Of a DNA stretch of 44,067 bases, positions 10,718 to 21,200 are shown in pieces; positions within the stretch are counted from its first letter, which is position 1, and the number at the start of each line of letters is the position of its first letter. This stretch comes from a virus. Its lineage: Duplodnaviria > Caudoviricetes. Location: positions 1 to 44,067 of IMG/VR virus record IMGVR_UViG_3300037634_003240, one strand, 5' to 3'. The translations under genes and the position numbers were made by a program. The notes beneath the pieces are model-generated. The model made no database searches. It was not told where the DNA came from and worked only from the letters and a program-made list of their open reading frames with translations.

Positions 10718-10972
10718 TTACTCACGTATTATATTGATTCTATCTGTATTGTCATCGAAGCCAGTAGTGTCACCAGTGACACCAATGTTTCTATTTAGTG
10801 AACGTAGTAGTGTCAATCTGTCATACCTGCCAGGTTGATTCCTGTCATGTACGAAGATGCGCGTCTCCTGTTGGGTAATGCCTTCTGCTATTGCTCTAAG
10901 TCGTTCAGCGATAGCATTAACATTAGCACCATCAGCAACGTTATTCAGAGTTATGTCTATTGAAATATCCAT
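10718..10972 (-). CDS. Hypothetical 84-aa protein
   Basis: Fills the gap between two giant genes. In frame with and abutting the upstream stop; no SD. Confidence 0.65.
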   Translation of the reverse strand: MDISIDITLNNVADGANVNAIAERLRAIAEGITQQETRIFVHDRNQPGRYDRLTLLRSLNRNIGVTGDTTGFDDNTDRINIIRE

Positions 10973-13900
10973 TTATCTAGAGAGGAAAGGATTGAGAGTT
11001 TGTTGTTGTTTCTCAAATTGGTGGGTAGAGGTGGGAGTACTTCTATGATTATAATACCCTACTGGATAACTAGCCCCAGATTGATTACTAAAGGTACCAT
11101 GTGTCCCTGGTTGCGTTCTGTAATTGAAATTAGCGTACTCTCTTTTTCTGTTATGTTCGCTTTCATTAGGTGCAGTACGTACGAAAGTATCCCACGAATA
11201 TTCAGGAACAGCAAGTGGTACTTGACTCGGTAGTCCTACTCCATCACCGAACATGTCGTATCGTTCTCCACCGAACCCCTGCGCATCTCCACCTATGAAC
11301 CAGTCAGTAGCTTCAGGGAATAGGAAGTTAACACCTGCAGCAGCAGCTAAACCAATACCAGCATAGCGTAATCCTCTATTTACCCCTGCCATATCCATTC
11401 CCATATGATCTGCAACCATTCTTCTGAAGGATCTCTTACCAAAGTACATTGGCTGAGAAGTACCTTTCATTGTATCTTCAGCCATCATCTGCGAGAAACG
11501 TTGTCTGTTTTCTCTAATGATTTGCCTGTCCATCAGAAGTTCCATGCCAAATGGAACGGGTATTCCACTAGAATGTTCTAATTCTTTCAGGGTACTCATG
11601 ACCTCACCAAGGGAAGGATCTCTAGCACCAACAGAAGAACCATACATGGTCTTCATTATGTCTGACCCTTCCATGTCATTGAATACGTCTACTAGATCAG
11701 AAGTTAAATGTGCCATGTCTGTGCCAAGTATTTGCTTACCTTTAGTTGACATAGCCAGTAATCTCTCTACTCTTTCCTGAACTGGAGTACTAGGATTCAT
11801 AGCAACATTTAGATTTTCTATATTTGCTGCAGCTTCTGTGTACTTCTTTCTTTTAGATATAGTAAGTTCGTCCATCAATTCAGCTAAGATATCAGCACCA
11901 GTCATAGTTCTAGCATCAGGCATAGTATCCATTAGTAGACCTTTTACTTGACTTGCTGGAACTGGTATTCCATCCTGCATTACAAGTTGCTTAGGATATG
12001 GTTGACCTTTACGGAACAATTCTAGTTCTTCATAGGTACCCAAGCCCTTGGCTTCCATTATTTCGAATGCAGAACGCATTTGCCATGTTACTGCTGTTAC
12101 TTTACCTGTATATCCTTTCAATAGTGCGGTAACATTAGCATCTTCCAGAGTTCTACCAGTAACATCTAAATGAGCAGCATCTTTAGCTCCATGCATCAAC
12201 TTATACATATTAGTATCTGCTCTAGGAAGAGCATCCATCTGCGAATGCATTAGATCTATTTCGCCTTTAAGTTCGGAAGGAAATTTGCCACTGGATATAT
12301 CATCAAAGTCAACATATCTCAATGCTCCTGCTCCTTCTCCCTTAGTAATAAGTTGTCTTATGTATCGTTTCTTTTGACCGTTGGCATTGCTTGCACCTGT
12401 CTGAATTATAAATTCTGTTTTTCTGTAGGAGTGACTTTCCATAAAAGATTGCTGAGTTGTTTTGTAGATAGATTTCATTGATTGGGCGTTCTTTATAGTT
12501 TCTTCTGGATCGCTCCCCTGCATAAAGAACATATATTCGCTATCACTATCAAAGTCAGCACGTAGTTGTTGTCTTATATCTTCAGTAGTAGCAATCACAC
12601 CTCTACCTACACCGATTTGTTTTGTCTTGAGAGAGCTCTTTCTGCCACCCACTGTTTCTAAATCAGGCATAATGAATGTCTGCGCAATAACAACAGAAGT
12701 TGTATAGTTATTAGGCTCTCTTCCTATCATTGTCATTATAGGAGCTTTGCCTTTCATAACTGCTTCTATTTTATTTACATCTCCTTGAAACAACTCATCC
12801 AGGTATTGTTCGATTCCAGCTTCAATGGCATCACTCTTAGAGATCATTGAAGTTTGGAATTCATTGTACTTGGATGTAATTGCAGTAGGATCAGTTTGGA
12901 ATAACGCAGTATTAGAAATAGGTTCTGCGATTCCTCTTATCTGTGGTAAGTATGAAGTTGCTGCCTTTCCACTTTCACTATGTCTACCAACGAACTTTGC
13001 CATCTGAGTATAAAATTTAGTGACGTGAGTAGTAAGAGCACCTTGATGTTGTACGTCTTCTCCAATAGACTGGGTGAATCGTTTTAATAAGTTGAATGCA
13101 CTAATTTGCAGTCTACTTAATTCCATAGCACCTTGCTCGTTCATTCTTCCTCTACCAGAAATACCTAAAGCAGGAATACGTATCTGATCTCGTCCTTGAC
13201 CCATCATGTCCTGTACTCTTTCAATTATAGATTCAGCGCGAGCATTAGACATACTCTTTGTGAGTTCGTCTCTCATCATAGAAAAATTAACGGTATTAAA
13301 TTCTCTTAGATGTTCGGGTACCTTGATCATCATTGGAACTTCACTTTCAATGAATGATCCCTTTGTCATCGATGGATCTACAGCTTTCATCAATTGTCCT
13401 GCTTGCTTCATAGGAATAACTTCAGCATCTAATGGTACTTCAGCATCTATGTTATGATCCATCCTTGCTCTCTCTATAGCTTCTGCCGGAGAATTAACAT
13501 TAGTAACTATGCGTTTCATTTCGGCTGTGTCACCAGGATTACCAACCAGATAAAAATTGGTATTAGTATGCTCCATAGCTTTACGCACAGAAGTCATACC
13601 ATCATCAATTTGTTGTACTTGAGTGCTTATCATTTCTTGCGTTAACTCTTTTACATTCTTAGGTAATGGTCCATCCATTAATACATATTCTACATCCTTG
13701 AGTTGTATTCCCAGTACTGGATATTTAACGGAACCTTGGTTGCCTTTTAGCGCATCTAATAATCTTTTTCTATGTGTTTCATCTACGTCCATGCCTCTCC
13801 ATCCATCATCTATGAGTTGAATGGATTGTGCACGTAGCTTTGCCATTCCAATAGGCATTCCAGTAGAAGTAGTTTTAGGTTCTCCCATAGGAGAAATACC

Positions 13901-16900
13901 CATCAGTTCTTCGGGAACCTTTCTACTTATTCCGGCAAGACCAGTAGTAACAAATGTTCCGCCAAACTCTTCATCAGTTCCTTGCATCTTGATAGTTTCA
14001 AAGAACTTGAACTTACCTACTTTGTGATGACGACTTATAAAGTTACGTAATCCTTTTCTATCATCTTCTAATTGTGATATTTTAAGTCTTGCTTCTTCTA
14101 TAACTTGTTGTCTGTCAGGTATTCTATCTGACTTCTGATCCAGTTCAAGCTGTTGAACGTCGTTCTTCATAGCAGTAATATCATCAGCAAGAAGATTTTC
14201 CATCTTACGCATTTCTATAGTAGCTTCAAGGAGTTCTTTCTCTCCTCTATCACCCTTAGCATACTTACTGTAGTCAGGAAGTAACTCTGGCATTTCATTT
14301 ATTGTAGCATAGATATCAGTAACTGTATTCCAATTGAGTAGTTTGTTCATCTGTCTACCCAGGTCCTGTACGCCCCTTACTCTTTTTTCCGTAATAGTAA
14401 GTACACTTTCTACATCACCACTAAGAAGTTTACTAACATTTTTTGTATCATAATCCACATATTTTAATTCAAGCATATCTCCAGAACTAATCTTTAGTAT
14501 TTTTCTCAGTTGTGCTTCTGCTGCTTTGTTACCTTTACGTGCATGTTCAAGTAGAGGGGCTGCAATCTTACCCATGATGGCTTCTGCAGTTCTACCGAAT
14601 TCAGCATATTTAGTTGTTCCTACGGTATCCCATCCAGCCAGGATATCTATAGATCTACCAGCATCAAAGTTTCTAGCACTAGCACCGCCCATCCTATAGA
14701 AAGATTTCTCCATTGGAGTAAATGTGATATTAGAACCTATTACAGTACCTTTTATACCATGACGGAACTCTTGAATGATATCCCTATTCAATGTCATAGT
14801 ACTATCTAATTCATTAAATAGTCCACGACGTACTATGGCTGCTTTAGTTCCACTATACATTTCCTGATGGAACAACTTGTTTCCATTAGCATCCTCATAA
14901 CTGAATATAAGAAACTCTCCAGGATTTACATTACCAAGAGACCCATCTAGTCCAGGGGTACGAGTTGGGGTTGTAGTAGAGATGTTTTTAGGATTTTGTC
15001 TATTCATAGACTTGCCTACTATCTCTGCATTCTTGGCACCTGCGGGAAGTTGTACTTTAAAGTTGTCCTGATTGAACACAGCATTCTGTTGGACTCTGCT
15101 ACCAGCTAACACAGAACCCTCATATGCAAATCTAGTATTACTAAATGCAATAGTTGCATTCATGTGATGTCCTAGAGCATGAGCTCTAGATACGCCATCA
15201 GGAAGAAGCTCCAACATCTTATCAGTAACGAAGTGCGGCCATAGAGTACTTCCAGGTAATTGTCCTCGATGTATGTCACTTTGAATTAGATTATCCACTG
15301 CTTCATGATGATAACGTGCAGTATTAAGTCTTTTATGACCTGAACCTCTACGCCAAGCAGTATAGAATTGACCGAATGGAATGTAGTCAGCAAGTGACAT
15401 TGCATTCCTTGTACCTTCACCCATACTGTGCGGATGTCCAGTAAGTGAAAATAAGTCACTAAGTTCATCCGTATAATTAGTCACTCCCATCTCTGCCATG
15501 AGCGTTCCCATATTAAGGGATATAGGAATTATACTTGGATCAAATTTCACACCTAATATCTTTTTATAGAACGCTGCTTGTTTGCTATTACCTAGAACTT
15601 TGGATATAGGATTATTAGGATTGTCCCCGATATTCATAGCTGCTGCTCTTGTAAGATACACATCGAATAGAGAAGAGTGAGTATGTGCATATCTTTGTTT
15701 CCATCTATCATACTTTGATTTACTCCCTCCAATTATTTCTATATCTCCTCTTTCAAATGCAGCAGTATATTTAGCTCTTTCATCATCTATATTTACCCCG
15801 TGTATATCTCTTACCATCTTTTCTAATTCAAGAGATTGTCCGGGTGCTCTAAGTCCATGAGTAGTCATTTCCCATGTATCTATAAGAACATCATCGCCCC
15901 TAACCATAAGTGCATCTGCTGCCCCTTTATTCATTTTCTTTTCTACGGATTGCACAATAGAACGTATAGTAGGCATATCAGATATGTTACCATAATGAGT
16001 AATGATTTGAGGTGGCAGTTCGCCGGGACCAGCATCCATCATTTTAGCTAATTGATTCATTACTTCGTGAATTTCTAGTCCACCTTTAATCTGATCTCTC
16101 ATCCAGTTAGTATGTGCAGTAAGTTCTCTAGGACTCATGTCATCAAATGTATGACGTGCCCATTCCTGTGTAAGAGGTTTTCCAGACTTCACCCACCATA
16201 GTTTCTGAGATATTGGGTTACCTTTTGCATCAGTTTTGATTGCACTAATTTGGTATATTTCACTGAACTCTGGTTTTATATTTGGATGCGCAGTAGGATC
16301 ATCACTCAATGTTTCAATATCAATAATGAGTTTCTCTCTATTGTTCATGCCTTTCTTAAGTGCTCTGAATTGATTAATAGCATTAAGTCTTTTCTTTAAT
16401 GTAGTACCTTTAGGTTCTAGTACGGCCTGTTGCGCACCATACGTAAGTTGAGCTCCTTGTGACAGAGTATACAAGTTCTGTGCATTTACAAGTTGTGCAT
16501 CTTGTAAGTAAGATGTACGTAGATTTCTTCTGTTAAGATCTCTAGCAACACTAATAGTTCCACCAGGAAGTATTCTACCTTCAATCATCTCTCGAACTTC
16601 TTTCTCCACATCTCGTTCAAGTAGTTGATTGTAACGACTAAATGCTGTACTCACGTCGTCTCTTCTACCACCAGGTCTAAGGATTCCACTATCTTTATCC
16701 CACACATGTTCTGGAACATGTAGAGATGCAGCATATACATTACTACCGTCACCAGCAGCAAATGTATTAAACCTTGACAGTAGTGGTACTTCTCGGAAGT
16801 CAACTACTTTCTTCTTAGGATCTGCAGGACTAGACGCAGTTATACGTATAGTTGCTACTTGATGTTCAAGAGCAGAAGATGCATCTCCACTAACTAGTGG

Positions 16901-17941
16901 AACTCCTTTTATAGTCTTTACATCTACAAGACCAACCGAATCTACTCCTTCTGCAGATGCCCAGATACTAAGAGTTCTTTTGAGATTAGTTCTATTATCT
17001 GACAAATTCTGTAGTTCTTTAGTATTTCCTAATGTGAAACCTCCGTCATATACTTGCTTTTCTGCAAGGACTTGGTTTAATCTACGAAGTGCCTGGTCTG
17101 TAATTCCGTGCTCCCGTCCTCTAGTAGCCCAGATTTCTTTCTGTACTTCTAAGTTAGCACTATTCTGCGTAACAGATGGTCTAGCACTTATACCAAATCC
17201 TTCCAGATTTTGTAGTGCTTGATCATTAATTACATAGTTACCAAAATCTACTGGTCTATCCAGATCTTTCATTGGCGACCTATCTATAAATCTCTTCTTT
17301 GCTGTATCTAATTCTGCTGCCAATCTTGCTACGTCAGGAGACGCGGGAGCATCCTCTAATGTAATAGCAAGCTTGTTTAATACTTTTTGATATTCTCCAG
17401 AGTGTTGCATATAGATATCTTCGGGTTTGATATCTGCTACAATACCACTGTCTTTGAATAATGACCGAGTTTGCATTTCCGATACAACATGTGCAATAGC
17501 ATTAAGTGCGTGTTGCTTTTGATCTGACGAACCCTCTAGCATAATTTGCTTATATGAATCTAGGGTCTTAATTACCTTACGATTAAGTTGTTGTCTATAC
17601 GCAGCTTCTCTGGCAGCTCGTGGTCCGAATATACCTCCATCTTCTTCGAACGATTCTCCTGGAATGCCAGGACCCAAGTCTTCTCCATTTCCTACCATTA
17701 CATCAATGGTAGCTTTAGGAGAACGTGGCTGAACTATTCCAGGTATTGCCGATGTTTCTGCTACAAGTATATTCTTCTTGACCAAGAACGCATCTATCTT
17801 CTCACGAAAACTCATTCCACTGAGTCCCCGCATTAGACGTAATCCACCGAAGTAAGCAGCTCCAACCAGTGTTACTCTGGAGCTGACTATATCTTCGACT
17901 ATGTTATCGTCGTCGTCCTGATCAAAGTAATTATCAGCCAT
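10973..17941 (-). CDS. 2322-aa putative single-chain two-barrel (beta/beta'-like) RNA polymerase with DEDDh 3'-5' exonuclease domain, probably virion-associated
   Basis: Exonuclease D541-x-E543, D655, H755-x4-D760. Beta-like LGHHMNATIAF..AYEGSVLAGSRVQQ and RHGIKGTV..IDIL..GRTAEAIMGK. Beta'-like GREP...LRADFDSD (D1796). Confidence 0.75.
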   Translation of the reverse strand: MADNYFDQDDDDNIVEDIVSSRVTLVGAAYFGGLRLMRGLSGMSFREKIDAFLVKKNILVAETSAIPGIVQPRSPKATIDVMVGNGEDLGPGIPGESFEEDGGIFGPRAAREAAYRQQLNRKVIKTLDSYKQIMLEGSSDQKQHALNAIAHVVSEMQTRSLFKDSGIVADIKPEDIYMQHSGEYQKVLNKLAITLEDAPASPDVARLAAELDTAKKRFIDRSPMKDLDRPVDFGNYVINDQALQNLEGFGISARPSVTQNSANLEVQKEIWATRGREHGITDQALRRLNQVLAEKQVYDGGFTLGNTKELQNLSDNRTNLKRTLSIWASAEGVDSVGLVDVKTIKGVPLVSGDASSALEHQVATIRITASSPADPKKKVVDFREVPLLSRFNTFAAGDGSNVYAASLHVPEHVWDKDSGILRPGGRRDDVSTAFSRYNQLLERDVEKEVREMIEGRILPGGTISVARDLNRRNLRTSYLQDAQLVNAQNLYTLSQGAQLTYGAQQAVLEPKGTTLKKRLNAINQFRALKKGMNNREKLIIDIETLSDDPTAHPNIKPEFSEIYQISAIKTDAKGNPISQKLWWVKSGKPLTQEWARHTFDDMSPRELTAHTNWMRDQIKGGLEIHEVMNQLAKMMDAGPGELPPQIITHYGNISDMPTIRSIVQSVEKKMNKGAADALMVRGDDVLIDTWEMTTHGLRAPGQSLELEKMVRDIHGVNIDDERAKYTAAFERGDIEIIGGSKSKYDRWKQRYAHTHSSLFDVYLTRAAAMNIGDNPNNPISKVLGNSKQAAFYKKILGVKFDPSIIPISLNMGTLMAEMGVTNYTDELSDLFSLTGHPHSMGEGTRNAMSLADYIPFGQFYTAWRRGSGHKRLNTARYHHEAVDNLIQSDIHRGQLPGSTLWPHFVTDKMLELLPDGVSRAHALGHHMNATIAFSNTRFAYEGSVLAGSRVQQNAVFNQDNFKVQLPAGAKNAEIVGKSMNRQNPKNISTTTPTRTPGLDGSLGNVNPGEFLIFSYEDANGNKLFHQEMYSGTKAAIVRRGLFNELDSTMTLNRDIIQEFRHGIKGTVIGSNITFTPMEKSFYRMGGASARNFDAGRSIDILAGWDTVGTTKYAEFGRTAEAIMGKIAAPLLEHARKGNKAAEAQLRKILKISSGDMLELKYVDYDTKNVSKLLSGDVESVLTITEKRVRGVQDLGRQMNKLLNWNTVTDIYATINEMPELLPDYSKYAKGDRGEKELLEATIEMRKMENLLADDITAMKNDVQQLELDQKSDRIPDRQQVIEEARLKISQLEDDRKGLRNFISRHHKVGKFKFFETIKMQGTDEEFGGTFVTTGLAGISRKVPEELMGISPMGEPKTTSTGMPIGMAKLRAQSIQLIDDGWRGMDVDETHRKRLLDALKGNQGSVKYPVLGIQLKDVEYVLMDGPLPKNVKELTQEMISTQVQQIDDGMTSVRKAMEHTNTNFYLVGNPGDTAEMKRIVTNVNSPAEAIERARMDHNIDAEVPLDAEVIPMKQAGQLMKAVDPSMTKGSFIESEVPMMIKVPEHLREFNTVNFSMMRDELTKSMSNARAESIIERVQDMMGQGRDQIRIPALGISGRGRMNEQGAMELSRLQISAFNLLKRFTQSIGEDVQHQGALTTHVTKFYTQMAKFVGRHSESGKAATSYLPQIRGIAEPISNTALFQTDPTAITSKYNEFQTSMISKSDAIEAGIEQYLDELFQGDVNKIEAVMKGKAPIMTMIGREPNNYTTSVVIAQTFIMPDLETVGGRKSSLKTKQIGVGRGVIATTEDIRQQLRADFDSDSEYMFFMQGSDPEETIKNAQSMKSIYKTTQQSFMESHSYRKTEFIIQTGASNANGQKKRYIRQLITKGEGAGALRYVDFDDISSGKFPSELKGEIDLMHSQMDALPRADTNMYKLMHGAKDAAHLDVTGRTLEDANVTALLKGYTGKVTAVTWQMRSAFEIMEAKGLGTYEELELFRKGQPYPKQLVMQDGIPVPASQVKGLLMDTMPDARTMTGADILAELMDELTISKRKKYTEAAANIENLNVAMNPSTPVQERVERLLAMSTKGKQILGTDMAHLTSDLVDVFNDMEGSDIMKTMYGSSVGARDPSLGEVMSTLKELEHSSGIPVPFGMELLMDRQIIRENRQRFSQMMAEDTMKGTSQPMYFGKRSFRRMVADHMGMDMAGVNRGLRYAGIGLAAAAGVNFLFPEATDWFIGGDAQGFGGERYDMFGDGVGLPSQVPLAVPEYSWDTFVRTAPNESEHNRKREYANFNYRTQPGTHGTFSNQSGASYPVGYYNHRSTPTSTHQFEKQQQTLNPFLSR

Positions 17942-18221
17942 TAAATAGTTTGTTCTGTTTTAATAGGTGGTATATACCCATGCTCAATTGAGCAACGTAT
18001 TCTTCTTCTAAGGGTATATTCATGTGATGTTCAACTACGTGTACCAGTTCATGTAGAAGTGCTTCCTCCTTCGCATCCTCTTGCATATCTTTAAAGATAT
18101 AAATTGTTCTATCTATAAAATCAATTGTAGCAAAAGAACCTTCTCTCTTAGTTTCAACTATATCATCTTCAATTACTGTATAGGTCTGCGACATGAAACT
18201 GATCTTCTTCGGTAAAGCCAT
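17934..18221 (-). CDS. Small HEXXH zincin-like metallopeptidase-domain protein (ImmA/IrrE-like)
   Basis: IYI...EEALLHELVH...EE.V..L pattern. Overlaps the next gene by 8 nt. Confidence 0.7.
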   Translation of the reverse strand: MALPKKISFMSQTYTVIEDDIVETKREGSFATIDFIDRTIYIFKDMQEDAKEEALLHELVHVVEHHMNIPLEEEYVAQLSMGIYHLLKQNKLFNG

Positions 18222-18226
18222 TAAAA

Positions 18227-21200
18227 CTAACTCCTAGCGTGTACAGTATTTATGCTCGATGTTAGTGCTGCATTTCTATGCGTAGTTACTGTAACACGGG
18301 TTTGATTTAGTAGACCCGGTGCTATTGTTAGATGTACATTTCCTTCAAGATCCATTGCTTTTATAGCTTCCTGTAATGCATTTTTTATTTGTGCAGCAGT
18401 AAGCTGAGTCTCAGGTTGTATGCTCTCACCTGTAGTCTCGTCTATATTCAATGGACCGGGAGTGAATGGTGATCTTGCCATTCTACGACGTTGGTCCATC
18501 CACCCTAGATTGAAATCGTGTGCATCTAATCCTTCCTGATCTAAGGTTTTTACTTGGACATCTTCCATATTAACCATGGGATGCCAGCCCATCCAACCCT
18601 GCTTGGGTAAGTGATGGGTCCTAAAATAATCTGTGACCTCTTCGGCAGCCTCATCATCTGAGTGTCTCTGAGATCGCTTGAAATCCACTTGGTTCCACTT
18701 AGCTTTCAATGCTTCCGCAACTGCTGGTGGTACCATTTCAACTACTTCATTTCTCCTATCTGGATTTGTTTCTTTTATGAACGCATCCATGTAGGGTCTT
18801 TCTTTAGCAGGGAGAGCTCTATAGAAATGAGTCCAGCCATCCTTGCTCTGATCATACGGGTTAACTCCTGACATAGTCTCAGAAGCAACTGTCAACCAGT
18901 CCTTATTACCAGTTTGTTCGTATAGTCTCTTAGCTTTAGTGTATTGTAATTTATCAAAGTACTCTGAGAACTTTCTGTCTTTACGAACTGGTTCTGGTAT
19001 CCATTTACTATCATCTACAGATTTATATGCTCCATGTGCACCACCCCAGATAGCACCAGCAATAGCTGCCATTCCACCGAACGCGTTACTACCAACCATA
19101 GCTGCAGTAGTACCCCAGTTAATAGCTCCACCAATTGGACTATCTTCTGCTGCCATACTTCTAAGAGTAGGCTCAATGAAATCACGTATAGGTGCATCCC
19201 AGAAAGAGGTTGATCTATTATATAGAACATTTCTTTCGTAGTGTTCTATAGGATCATATGTATTCAAAAACTTTCTATGTAACCATGTATCTCTATGTGC
19301 TAGCATTTCCCATGCACTACCAGCCATACGCGCAATTGGATTATATTCTGACGCAGCTTTCATGTGCTCGTTTTCACTTAGTAGGTCTATTTGTTCTCTA
19401 GGTAACAACAAGTCACCAGCACTACTGAATCGTTTAGGATAGAAATCAAATTGTCGTGCAACTGCTTTACGCATTCTTTTAATTTCTTCTAATTCTTCAT
19501 GAGCAAATGGACCAAGTGATCCAGTAGCTATTTGCTGTTGTGCTCTAACAAGAGCTTCTTTAGCTTCTATAGAATAAGGAGCAACATCAGAAAGAATTCT
19601 AGCTCTATCCAACCACGAGTAAGCTTCACCTAAGTTGGCACCATGTCCTTCTCTCATCAGTTGTCTAGCACTTTCTCTAGATGCATGTAGTCTATTAATA
19701 TCTCTTTGATATCTATTATAGTCGAATCCATACTCGAACGTTTTCATGTTCCATGGATTTTCTCTATCTACATATAGGATAGCACCTTCTTTTAAACCTA
19801 ATGTTTTCAAGTAAAGGTTAAGCTGACTCTTATGTGCATCTTGCGCATCTACCATACGAGATAGTTTCTCAGTAGATGTACTCTTGATTTCAAGTACTTT
19901 CTTTCTGTTGCCATCTTTAATAATAGCATCAACGTGTCCAGAGATATCTGAATACGGATCGTATACCACAGCTTCAGCTTGTACTAATAGATTAAGTCTA
20001 GCAAGGTTCTGTTGTACAGCTCTGTGAAGCGCAGTACCTCTATCTAGAATATCTTCAGTAGCTCTAGTTAATGGCGAGTCCATTCCCAGGAAGAATCTTA
20101 CCTGATCAGCATGTCCTGCACCGAACTTCGATGCACGCATAGGAAACGTAAAGTTTATAGTGTGCGCACTTTCGTAACCTCTACCAGGAAGTCTAAGTTC
20201 TCCCATTGGGATTTTTGTATTATGGGTAGCAACCCCAATAGCACAGAAGGTAGAAGATTCGGTCATGAATCCGTAGGTCTCAACTTCTGGTCCTTCTTCT
20301 ATTTTATTTATTCTGAAGTAGAAGAATCCATCATCTTGGAACCAAGTAGTAGGTCCTTCTTGTCCATTAATATTAATTGAATAAGATGGCCCACTATTAA
20401 TGTATCCTGAAGAATTTAGTTCTGATTCAATGGGTTTTTCTTTTCTTTCTACTACTGAAGCAACTATACCGAAACACATATATAATTTTCTTATTTGTAA
20501 TGCGAGATTCTTGGACGCTGTAGTATGTCCTTTTCTGTGTCTTCTATTAGTTTCAAATTCGCATCCATCACCAAAGTGATACCCTTCTAAGAATTTTTCT
20601 ACAAATTCTTTAGGCATAGAAAGAAGAACATCACTTAATATCTTAGTTCTTGCCCCTGTACCACATAACCATTCTAAGAAAATAGCCAATCCTTTATTAC
20701 CTTTACCCATATAAACGAAGTTACCGTCTCCCTCTTTTATATTAGGGGATAGTCCTATATCTTCGTATGCTTTCTTCGCTCTTTCTAATTCATCTATGTG
20801 GTGAACTGTTCCTATATATGAGTTGGATTGTATCCAGCCTTCTGCACACCATAGTCCTGCAAAGAATCCTAGCTCAGGAGTAAGTCCTATATATCTATCC
20901 CATGAATGGTTGTTCTTAGAATATACTTTTTCGTCGTCAATTCTATACCAATCGTATATGGAACTAAGATCGCATTCATTTATATATTCATACAATTCAG
21001 GTTTTGGATATGCTACATAATCACCTACAGATAGCTCTTCTGCAGGAATAAATAAGCAACCATGATCTAACAATTCTTCATCAAATGGTTCGTAGTTTAG
21101 CACGGTAATAGGTTGCTTTCTTCCATAACTATTTATCTTTTTGTGCTTTTCTAATAATTTGAATGCATTACTAAGATAAGTATGAAAGTAGTCATATCCT

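Noticed and set aside
19690-20060. CRISPR-Cas system suggested by the Cas4-like domain
   Set aside because: No repeat-spacer array or other cas genes seen, and the Fe-S cysteines are absent.
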